Assembly (NCBI RefSeq): GCF_022846255.1 | Contig: NZ_AP025682.1 | Source: Escherichia coli | GTDB taxonomy: Bacteria > Pseudomonadota > Gammaproteobacteria > Enterobacterales > Enterobacteriaceae | Direction: 5' to 3' (one strand) | Length of the DNA: 64,000 nucleotides | Shown here: piece by piece, positions 8,764-16,710 of the stretch | Numbering within the stretch: position 1 is the stretch's first letter | How the letters are laid out: each line of letters starts with the position of its first letter | Made by a program: the position numbers and the translations under genes | The notes under the pieces: model-generated | Seen by the model: only the letters and a program-made list of their open reading frames with translations | Database searches by the model: none | What the model was told of the DNA's origin: nothing

Positions 8764-9506
8764 TGAACAATAATACAACTTTGTTAGACGATATGTGTAG
8801 GCTCAGGGACTTTTTATATGATAGCCGCATATGCCCAGATATTAATCCTCTCAACCGTTTAATCAGTAAACTTAATGCAAATCTCCACTCCGAAACAGGG
8901 GAGGACTTTGAATACTCTTTAGACGATTTAGTATTTTATCTTAGCGAAAAATCTGGAACAATTTGTCCGACCCAAATTACACCCAAAGAAAACCCTATTG
9001 AAATACATTTGGAACTTATATTAAAAAGTGAAGGCCCTTATGAATTTTCGAAGATTAAAGAACTTTCAGGGCAATTACGACTTAAAGCTGAGTGGATCAA
9101 TGACACAACAGAAAAAATTGAGATAAAAACATCACATAGTGCTTGGCATTTTGATTATCATGTTCCTCAAATGGGGGATGGCGTAAATTCATTTACTCAT
9201 CCTCAATTCCATTTACAAAATGGAGGAAACAGGCTGACTGATAATTTAAATGACTATGGAGAGTTAATGATTCTTGATGCTCCAAGACTACCTTTACCTC
9301 CTATGGATGTGATATTAGCCATTGACTTTATTATTTCAAATTTCTTTGGTTCTATTTGGCAACAAGCATTATGTGATTCAGAATACATTGATGTAGTTAA
9401 AAGAGCACAAAAAGCATGGTGGAAACCTTATTATGAAGGTATAAGTCAACACTGGTCTGGCAATGGCTCAGGAATATCCAATATCCTAATTCCAAACCTT
9501 CTGTAG
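8763..9506 (+). CDS. hypothetical protein, last gene of the operon (His-rich segment)
   Basis: ATG overlaps the upstream TAA (TAATG). 247 aa. Contains SAWHFDYHVPQMGDGVNSFTHPQFHLQNGG. No family recognised. Confidence 0.5.
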   Translation: MNNNTTLLDDMCRLRDFLYDSRICPDINPLNRLISKLNANLHSETGEDFEYSLDDLVFYLSEKSGTICPTQITPKENPIEIHLELILKSEGPYEFSKIKELSGQLRLKAEWINDTTEKIEIKTSHSAWHFDYHVPQMGDGVNSFTHPQFHLQNGGNRLTDNLNDYGELMILDAPRLPLPPMDVILAIDFIISNFFGSIWQQALCDSEYIDVVKRAQKAWWKPYYEGISQHWSGNGSGISNILIPNLL

Positions 9507-9716
9507 TGTATCAAAATCTGTTAACCATCTCCAATTACGAATAGCAATATTTATATAAAACTAATTTTTTATTTTAAACAACTTCAGCAAGGGCTAACTC
9601 TCAGCATCTCCTTCGGTGATACTTTGAGTTGCTCCTTGTTTTTTCGCCCTTTGGTTGAAAAAATTAAAAGCAAAACCAACCCTATACATTGACTTTTTCA
9701 GCATCTATCATATAAA

Positions 9717-9747
9717 TAAAATAAGCATAATGGACATGCTTATTTTA
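9717..9747. promoter_or_regulatory. 12-bp inverted repeat upstream of mobC (candidate oriT / mob promoter element)
   Basis: TAAAATAAGCAT-n7-ATGCTTATTTTA, about 25 nt before the mobC-like start. Location is typical for small-relaxase oriT, but no nic consensus was recognised. Confidence 0.3.
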
Positions 9748-9771
9748 CTTTACTATATGAAAGGAGTTCAT

Positions 9772-10185
9772 ATGAATGATAGGAATCATACTTTTAATAA
9801 GTTCGAGCCATTCAGAAGTTGTAGCTATGAAAATTTTACTTCTGCTAAAACACTCTCCCAGCAGACACGTTCTCATTGTATTAGTATCAGATTAAATGAT
9901 GCCGAGTTATCTTACGTTGATGGCTTACGAGAAGATCTCAACCGTGCTGTTTGGATACGTATGTCAGCATTGAATCGTCTCCCTTCCAAAATTCCTGAAA
10001 TAAATCTAATTGTCTGGAAAGACCTTGCCAAAGCATCTCAGAATCTGAATAACCTCGTTCAGCATCTCAACACTAAATCACACGATAGTCCTTTTACTAT
10101 CACCGAAATTTATACGGTACAAAAAAGAATAAAAGCACTAAGAGATGCCCTTCTGTCAGCAAATCGATCTGTCAGTGATAAATAA
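9772..10185 (+). CDS. MobC-like relaxosome accessory protein
   Basis: AAGGAG lies 6 nt upstream of the ATG at 9772. IRLNDAELSYVDGLRE... followed by a helical C-terminus is the usual MobC/ribbon-helix-helix pattern. The stop overlaps the relaxase start (TAATG). Confidence 0.6.
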   Translation: MNDRNHTFNKFEPFRSCSYENFTSAKTLSQQTRSHCISIRLNDAELSYVDGLREDLNRAVWIRMSALNRLPSKIPEINLIVWKDLAKASQNLNNLVQHLNTKSHDSPFTITEIYTVQKRIKALRDALLSANRSVSDK

Positions 10186-11372
10186 TGAAAGGGATGCAAA
10201 AAATCCGCAGAGGAAAGAGTTTTGCTGGTGTCGTCCTCTATGCGTTAAAGCCCGGTTCTCATCATAAAAAAGACCCTATCGTGATCGGTGGAAATATAAC
10301 GATAGTTGGCAATGCCGCTAAAGATCTGATCGCTGAATTTGATAGCACCAAACAGCTTCGCCCTGACGTGCAAAAGGCTGTTTGGCACAACTCGCTTCGC
10401 TTACCTAAAGGTGAATCACTAACGGCTAAACAGTGGTCTGAAATAGCAGATGATTACATGTCCCGCATGGGCTTCTCTGAAACGCATCTCAGATGCTACG
10501 TCCTACATGACGACGAAGATGGCCAGCACATCCATATCATCGCCAGCAGAGTGTCTCTTGATGCCGGAAAGCTCTACCTCGGCAGGAATGAGAACCTGGC
10601 AAGCACGAGAATAATTCAGCAACTTGAAAGAAATTACAATCTGACAAGAACCAAAGGGCCAGGAGCTAAAGCATCTACATCTTCTCTTTCCTCTAAACCG
10701 AAACATAAAAAATCACGTAATGAGGCTATGTTAGAGGAGAGAACTGGTGAACCATGCCCTAAATCCATCATCCAAAGGGCTATAGATTCGATAACATTAA
10801 ATCCTATAGCAATTGATGACTTCGTTGAAAAGCTGAATAGCATAGGGATTACGGCGAAAAGCAATATTTCTTCAACTGGCAAGATGAATGGATTTTCCTT
10901 TGAATGCAAAGGTGTTGTGTTCAAAGCTTCCCAGCTTGGCAAGAAGTATAGTTGGAAGAACCTGGAATCAATGATTTCAATGAATTACAACTCACACATT
11001 GGTGATGAAAAACCTGTCATCCCTGAACCTGCTGCCCATCGCAGCAACGAAGCTGTCATACCTATAGTGGAAGACTATTCTGATGAAAAGATTTACCCTG
11101 AGATAAGGGTACCCTTACCAAGACCTGACACAGCGCCCACAAAACCTACAAGCATGACAATGCGTTGGATCGCAACCATACCTTATCTTGTGAGTGTTAT
11201 TAGCGCACTTAAAACGATGCGTATCCCCTTTCTAAAGGCGTTCAATGGCCCAAGGAAGTTCTTTTCCGTGTCCATGATTCACCTGTCCTCTGTAAGCCTG
11301 AAACAGACCAAAACGAATAATTTCAAACCAAAAAGTTCCCACCAAAAGGCCCACAAGCCCCTTCTCCCCTGA
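10185..11372 (+). CDS. mobilisation relaxase (MobA/VirD2-type relaxase/nuclease domain)
   Basis: N-terminal FAGVVLYALKP (candidate catalytic Tyr). Conserved VWHNSLRLPKGESL block. Histidine triad YVLHDDEDGQHIHIIASRV. The C-terminal third is low-complexity and may be degenerate. Confidence 0.75.
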   Translation: MKGMQKIRRGKSFAGVVLYALKPGSHHKKDPIVIGGNITIVGNAAKDLIAEFDSTKQLRPDVQKAVWHNSLRLPKGESLTAKQWSEIADDYMSRMGFSETHLRCYVLHDDEDGQHIHIIASRVSLDAGKLYLGRNENLASTRIIQQLERNYNLTRTKGPGAKASTSSLSSKPKHKKSRNEAMLEERTGEPCPKSIIQRAIDSITLNPIAIDDFVEKLNSIGITAKSNISSTGKMNGFSFECKGVVFKASQLGKKYSWKNLESMISMNYNSHIGDEKPVIPEPAAHRSNEAVIPIVEDYSDEKIYPEIRVPLPRPDTAPTKPTSMTMRWIATIPYLVSVISALKTMRIPFLKAFNGPRKFFSVSMIHLSSVSLKQTKTNNFKPKSSHQKAHKPLLP

Positions 11373-11580
11373 TTTCTCCACAGATAAACGATCGTTATAA
11401 TCGATCGATTTATTTATATTGATAGTCAATAACAATCAATAGGTAAATAATCGATCGGTACAAGCAATTTGCTATGTCCTTAGAAGTGTTCAAAATGTAC
11501 TTTCATGCATAAATCGGATAATAGGTTGATTTTACTAGCCTATTTTTCTATCCACGTATCGAACATGCAGGGACTGAAGT

Positions 11581-12171
11581 ATGAGATATCTCATGATGAA
11601 GCGTGTAATGTTAGCAATCCTTCTTCCGTTTATTGTTGGATGTTTATTTGGTGCTAAAGCATTATCAGAGTATTGGGTTGTGTGGTTTTTTGTTTGTGCA
11701 ATGTTGATGATCACAGCCTGGGGCGTGTGGTTAAAAAATAAAAACAGAGGTTCCAGCTTCAGCTACCTGAATGATAATGAAGATGGTGTATTTATCTACA
11801 AATTTCATAATCAAGAGATGCGTTTAGATAAAGCCAAAAAAGAGCTTTATTTAAAAGATGGGTTAAACGAAAAAACCTACACTTTTTCCGATGTTGAAAG
11901 CTGGGAATATAAAATTAGCACAGGTGGTCAGATCCTCACTTCAGGTCTTAACCCTACAACTAACTTGATTAACAATAAGATTCTTGGTGAAAACATTAAT
12001 GACACCGGCTTCTTTATCAAAGTTAAAGACATCAGAAACCCTGAGTGGCATATTCGATTCTTCCCTCAAGAAGGATCTTATAAAGATCAGAGGGGATTAA
12101 TTAGCTTAAAAAAACAGATGATGCAGTGGATGACCGTTTTTGACTTAATCGTAAATGCTGATACAAAGTAA
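11581..12171 (+). CDS. hypothetical membrane protein (two N-terminal hydrophobic helices, possible lipobox IVGC)
   Basis: ORF with N-terminal MKRVMLAILLPFIVGCLFGAK and YWVVWFFVCAMLMITAWGVWL. The soluble C-terminal domain is unassigned. Confidence 0.45.
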   Translation: MRYLMMKRVMLAILLPFIVGCLFGAKALSEYWVVWFFVCAMLMITAWGVWLKNKNRGSSFSYLNDNEDGVFIYKFHNQEMRLDKAKKELYLKDGLNEKTYTFSDVESWEYKISTGGQILTSGLNPTTNLINNKILGENINDTGFFIKVKDIRNPEWHIRFFPQEGSYKDQRGLISLKKQMMQWMTVFDLIVNADTK

Positions 12172-12182
12172 GGAAAACAAGA

Positions 12183-12473
12183 ATGAAAAAAACCATGCTA
12201 CTATTATTAGCTTCAATGTCGCTGACAGGTTGCAACAGTGAACCATCCGATGCAGATATTTCAAAAGCCATGCAGAGCTTTATGAGTGAGATGCATGGTA
12301 CCCTGAACTCGTCTAAAAAACTTGCGTGTAAAGATATAGAGAGTGATGGCAGTTATCTCTGCTCTGTAGAGTTCGATGCTAAACTTCCAATCGTGGGCCA
12401 TAGAGAATCGACGCTAGAATTAAAGTTTATTAAATCCGATGACTCCTGGAAAGCAATGGCTCCATCTAAATAA
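12183..12473 (+). CDS. small lipoprotein
   Basis: AAGGAA SD. Signal peptide plus lipobox MKKTMLLLLASMSLTGC. Confidence 0.6.
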   Translation: MKKTMLLLLASMSLTGCNSEPSDADISKAMQSFMSEMHGTLNSSKKLACKDIESDGSYLCSVEFDAKLPIVGHRESTLELKFIKSDDSWKAMAPSK

Positions 12474-12566
12474 ACTTAATTATATTTGACAATAGAAAAA
12501 TAGTACGTCATAGATAGTAAATTGATAACAACCAGTGGGTTGAGCCACTGGCTGTTATCCCAATGG

Positions 12567-12644
12567 TTAATACACGGATGTACTAACCACCATTAAAAGG
12601 ATAAACAACATCACCTTTAATGCACGGGAGCGTTTTTTAGACAT
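12567..12644 (-). CDS. 25-aa basic/hydrophobic peptide (MSKKRSRALKVMLFILLMVVSTSVY), candidate small membrane toxin
   Basis: Below the ORF-track cutoff; found by hand. AAGAAGGAG sits 6-7 nt upstream of the ATG. The peptide has a charged N-terminus followed by one hydrophobic helix. Confidence 0.35.
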   Translation of the reverse strand: MSKKRSRALKVMLFILLMVVSTSVY

Positions 12645-12730
12645 ACGCCACTCCTTCTTTTTCATCATCAACCTTATTGTTGGTGATGTTGCCTCTTTGG
12701 GCTGATGCAGATTATCATTTTAGAATACTA

Positions 12731-12757
12731 AAAGCATCCTTTCGGATGCTTTTTTTC
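12731..12757 (+). terminator. rho-independent terminator
   Basis: AAAGCATCC-tttc-GGATGCTTT followed by TTTTT. Confidence 0.6.
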
Positions 12758-12850
12758 GCCTTGAAAATATTAGCAAGATAATAATCCATAAAGGATAATA
12801 TAAAAACCAAAATAATATGCTACGGTAGTTGTTATAAAAATCACATAAAA

Positions 12851-13273
12851 CTACAGTCCATATTTTTTCCTTTTATCCTTCATCAATAATTCTCTTTTTA
12901 GGGTAGAAGCCTCATGTTTCCTTCTCTCATTAATATAGACTTTTTCGGTTCTACTACCATTGCTCACAATGAAATTGATAAGTGAAGAGCATACGTTTTT
13001 CATACGCTCTTTATCGAGCATGTCATTTTCAATATTATTGATATTGCAGTAATAAGAAAGTAGTAAAAAATTCAACACTACTTCCCTGTTTGAGAACGTT
13101 AGTTTTTCTATTTCAGGCTGGTATTTAATGTAGAACCCGGCACAAAACAGGTATGATTGTTCGATAATTTGTTGCTCTGAGAAGTCTGATTCAGAGAGTT
13201 TATCAACGAATCGATCAAGTAGAAGAAGATACCTTTCCATCAAATGAATATTTATTTTTTCCATAACATGCAT
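12851..13273 (-). CDS. hypothetical protein
   Basis: ORF only. The likely start is the second ATG (13264, MEKINIH...), which has AAGGA 8 nt upstream. Confidence 0.4.
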   Translation of the reverse strand: MHVMEKINIHLMERYLLLLDRFVDKLSESDFSEQQIIEQSYLFCAGFYIKYQPEIEKLTFSNREVVLNFLLLSYYCNINNIENDMLDKERMKNVCSSLINFIVSNGSRTEKVYINERRKHEASTLKRELLMKDKRKKYGL

Positions 13274-13357
13274 CCTTGCAATTTATTTTGCCATCCTGAC
13301 AATTAAATAAATACCATAATTATTAATCACGTCAATAGTTAAAACCTATCTATTTTA

Positions 13358-13756
13358 TTAAAGGTATTTTGCAGGTAACGGATTATTAAGTTCTTCAATC
13401 GTTATTTGTTTAAGGTGAGCATTATAAAGCCATACTTTGAACTGCTCTAAATAGCGTTCATTTAATGCCTTCAAAGCCTCATTTTCTGCTTCAAGTCTTC
13501 TAATTCGTTGAGAAGCCACTTTTAAATTAGCAGGTTTTACAGTATGTATTGCACCAGATTTGATAGTGGCCTTTTTCACACTGAAGCTTTCTGCAATCCT
13601 TACATGACTACTTAAGGATTGTCTTGATGGTCTTTTCCCAATAATCCTTACTAACCTGTCGCACAAAGCATCCCAGGTTAGTTTTTCATCTATAGACCAT
13701 GTGTTAATAACATCTACAATCTTCTTCTCATGATAACCATTTATATGCTTAGCCAT
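13358..13756 (-). CDS. small accessory protein of the recombinase module (coiled-coil C-terminus; TnpC-like position)
   Basis: Its start directly abuts the stop of the upstream recombinase gene (13757). RRLEAENEALKALNERYLEQF is a heptad-like segment. The call is positional only. Confidence 0.4.
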   Translation of the reverse strand: MAKHINGYHEKKIVDVINTWSIDEKLTWDALCDRLVRIIGKRPSRQSLSSHVRIAESFSVKKATIKSGAIHTVKPANLKVASQRIRRLEAENEALKALNERYLEQFKVWLYNAHLKQITIEELNNPLPAKYL

Positions 13757-15388
13757 TTATTCTCCTTTTTTTATTCTCTTATGGAATTCATACCATCTAT
13801 CAGCATTTATGTTCCCATCATTTTTATCATACAGTGTTCTTTTTGAAATTTTATCGTGAATTTTTGAAATCGTTTCGTTATCTAAACCAGAATTCTCAAT
13901 CGGATAATGTTCACACGGCTTAAACGCATATGAGTGCTTGCAGTAGCCATGTTTTGATACCAGTACTGCACCACTACTAAGTGAATCAAACTCATTAAGA
14001 ACCACCACTGGAATATCCTTTATTCTGTGCTCATTAACACACACTGATAACTTTTGTTCTCTTATTGCTTTAGACATTTGAAGATGCGATCTGTGGTCAT
14101 AAGAAAAATTTTGAGAAATAAGCTTACGTCCAGACCAGCGAGCAATACTAAACTCATCCATACCATTTATTTGAGCAAAAGTGTTGAGAAGATGCCTCAG
14201 TTGATGTGTTCTTAGCAAATATGGGCTACCATCATCATTTATATAACCATGTCTTTTAAATACATTTAAATATCCTTTTATATAATCAGAATCAACGATA
14301 TCAGTTTTAAAAAAATTCGTTGTAGGTCTGAATAACTTATCTAACATTTCCTTTTTATTTTGATTTAACTGTCCTTCAGTTAACAAGCAAAGCGCATTAG
14401 AATATTTGATTTTCTTCTCTCTATCATACCAAAAGAGATCTGGAGGTATATTTTCTTTAAGGGTTCCCATCGTTGAATTAGAGTAATTCTTTTGAATTTC
14501 AGCAGCCAATAATCTCGCTTGACTTGATAATTCTTTTAATCTGCTAATAGCCTTTTTTGCTACAGGTATCATTAAAGTTGGAATCCATTTTATATTGCCT
14601 TCATACCCTTTTGCTGAAAAAAATCTTAAACCGTATCTTTGAATGCCCTTTCCATCACATTCTGTAATTTCACAATCCACTGGCAAAGCTAAAATTTCCG
14701 ATATCCTACTCGGTGCACACATAAGTAAAGCAAGCACAGATGTAGTAAATATATCTCTTGACGATAATTGTTCATCCCGCTTTGAAAAAATCTCAGCAAT
14801 CGCAATAACTGATTTGATATCAGGCAATCTAGAATGGCCTTCCAGTGAAGAATCATAACCAGTCCAAGACTGAGTAATCCTATACCTAATTGGACTTATC
14901 CAAAATAAATAAGATGAGTTAGTCATCCTATTATCATTTAAAAATGAACTCAATTTCTCAAGTTCTTTCCCAATAGCAAATGCATGTGCTTTAGAATACT
15001 TTTCAGAGGCTATCCTTATGCATTCATCAAAGATTGAATTGTTGCAATAGTTTACATTAGCTTCCATATTGATTTTAAGTAAAACGAATTCGACAATCTT
15101 CAACATTGATAATGTTGAGTGTTTCGTCTTAGATTTATTGAATGAATGCACATGCAACATATATGCTTTAGCAAAATTAATAAAGCTATCATCTAAGCAT
15201 TCTTTGCTGTTTAGGTTGTTTTTTGAGTTAAACTTAGTAAACCTATATAAACCTTTCCATTTATTGCTTTCCCAAGAAGTTGTTAAATTATTATTAGAAA
15301 TAGTACTCTTACAAAACTCGATGAACTTAATAACATTATCGTGAGGGTTGTTTTTATTGCTTGGTTCAAAAATAAATATATTGTTCAT
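13757..15388 (-). CDS. tyrosine recombinase, third of trio (543 aa)
   Basis: Catalytic signature in order: CAPSRISEILAL (Arg), THQLRHLLNT (HxxR), NFSYDHR (Tyr). Overlaps the upstream gene by 4 nt. Confidence 0.7.
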   Translation of the reverse strand: MNNIFIFEPSNKNNPHDNVIKFIEFCKSTISNNNLTTSWESNKWKGLYRFTKFNSKNNLNSKECLDDSFINFAKAYMLHVHSFNKSKTKHSTLSMLKIVEFVLLKINMEANVNYCNNSIFDECIRIASEKYSKAHAFAIGKELEKLSSFLNDNRMTNSSYLFWISPIRYRITQSWTGYDSSLEGHSRLPDIKSVIAIAEIFSKRDEQLSSRDIFTTSVLALLMCAPSRISEILALPVDCEITECDGKGIQRYGLRFFSAKGYEGNIKWIPTLMIPVAKKAISRLKELSSQARLLAAEIQKNYSNSTMGTLKENIPPDLFWYDREKKIKYSNALCLLTEGQLNQNKKEMLDKLFRPTTNFFKTDIVDSDYIKGYLNVFKRHGYINDDGSPYLLRTHQLRHLLNTFAQINGMDEFSIARWSGRKLISQNFSYDHRSHLQMSKAIREQKLSVCVNEHRIKDIPVVVLNEFDSLSSGAVLVSKHGYCKHSYAFKPCEHYPIENSGLDNETISKIHDKISKRTLYDKNDGNINADRWYEFHKRIKKGE

Positions 15389-16710
15389 AATGCTCTCCAG
15401 GGATTGAATTTTTTACACGTTAAGCATTTCAAATCCTCTTTCGTATCTTCTAATAAGAAAAATGCATCTGAAACATACTTGATAAAAAAGTTCTTGTTTT
15501 CTTCAATCTCTATGCCCATAAGTATATTAGATAAGGGGTTAAAAAACGCACTTAGTCTCTTATCGATGTCATAAACGTTGTCAGGATTGTTTTTTATATA
15601 TATCATAGAAGAGTTTACTGATTTATGATCTAAGGCTTTAGCAATCACCTCAATTGAGGCTCCTTCGTTAGCCAGTCGACTTCCTAACGTATATCTGAAT
15701 CTTCTAGCATTAAGTTCTATATAGCTGTTAGTCCTTTCTGACCTAACATCGAATTTTGACGGAAAGTGTTTTAATAGTTTTGACATAACTGAATTTTTCA
15801 TATGGAAAAAATCTGTTGTTAAATCAGATAAAAAATCCTCAATCCTTTTTGTTTCCGTAATCTTATCTAAATTCATGAAGATTGGTAATTCGCCTCTATA
15901 GTTATTAATCCCAACACTGAATTTATCTTCAACAAACGCCTGATTTTGATTAATTAGCATTGATAAACTGTCATATAAGAACGGTTCTATCATTACCATA
16001 TTAAATTCTTTTCTGAAACATTTTCTTTGTTTTACTTTTGGTACATTCAAAAAGCACCCTCTCTCATTTTTAATGAGATCTTTAGCTTTTAGAGATATCA
16101 ATTGTAATGGCCTTCTTCCTGTTATTGCCAGCAAAAGGATATAACAATACAAAAAGCATTGAATTTTCTTCTCATGATAAAATTTTCCAACGGCGTTAAT
16201 AATGTTATTGAATTCCGTTTCAGTTAAAGGTCCTTTATTTGGATCTCGTCTTTTAACTGCATCTCCTGTTTGGTTTGGAATGATTTTTATTTTCTCCAGC
16301 ATTCTAATGGCAGTCGCATCTACCCCAGGGTAATTGAGATTTTTCCATTTAGTGATGAAAGCCTTAATTGAGTTTAGTTTGTAGTTTCTTTCTGAACCTA
16401 AATAAACATTCAATTGATATATTGCTTTGTCATCAATAGTATCGATGGTCATTGCACCAAACCACTTATAAAATAGATTGTTAATATTTTGTATATAAAA
16501 AGAACTATATTCAGACGCATAGTAAGCTAATGTTTTTAAGTAGCTAAGTTTCATTTTTGTAGGCATTCTATCTACAACTTTATGAGGGTATACGCAGTTT
16601 TCTTTATCAAGTTGCCATTTCTTATCTGACAGTTTGAAACTATATCTATTCATCTTAGCAAAAAAAATTTGCTCACTTTCAATACATTTTATTTCCACAT
16701 TAAACCCCAC
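15385..16710 (-). CDS. tyrosine recombinase, second of trio (441 aa)
   Basis: ITGRRPLQLISLK (Arg), ARRFRYTLGSRLANEG (xxR box), VNSSMIYIKN (Tyr). Overlaps the upstream gene by 11 nt. Confidence 0.65.
   Translation of the reverse strand: MGFNVEIKCIESEQIFFAKMNRYSFKLSDKKWQLDKENCVYPHKVVDRMPTKMKLSYLKTLAYYASEYSSFYIQNINNLFYKWFGAMTIDTIDDKAIYQLNVYLGSERNYKLNSIKAFITKWKNLNYPGVDATAIRMLEKIKIIPNQTGDAVKRRDPNKGPLTETEFNNIINAVGKFYHEKKIQCFLYCYILLLAITGRRPLQLISLKAKDLIKNERGCFLNVPKVKQRKCFRKEFNMVMIEPFLYDSLSMLINQNQAFVEDKFSVGINNYRGELPIFMNLDKITETKRIEDFLSDLTTDFFHMKNSVMSKLLKHFPSKFDVRSERTNSYIELNARRFRYTLGSRLANEGASIEVIAKALDHKSVNSSMIYIKNNPDNVYDIDKRLSAFFNPLSNILMGIEIEENKNFFIKYVSDAFFLLEDTKEDLKCLTCKKFNPWRAL

Noticed and set aside
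3686-9506. Operon considered as a classical type I, type III or type IIG R-M system, BREX, DISARM or a canonical Detocs locus
   Set aside because: There is no HsdS/HsdR, Res helicase, fused nuclease-methylase, PglZ/BrxC/BrxL or DrmA/B-like helicase signature. Detocs as described has a separate stand-alone receiver buffer protein and no methyltransferase or MORC-like module. The locus is therefore reported as a candidate new arrangement rather than assigned to any of these.
9655-9771. 5' extension of the MobC-like ORF (track start at 9655)
   Set aside because: The extension is AT-rich and hydrophobic nonsense, and it contains the 12-bp inverted repeat. A good AAGGAG SD precedes the internal ATG at 9772.
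11232-11435. 67-aa minus-strand ORF overlapping the relaxase 3' end
   Set aside because: It is antisense to the relaxase with no SD and no recognisable sequence. The repeat ATAATCGATCG in this area is noted under the mobilisation finding instead.
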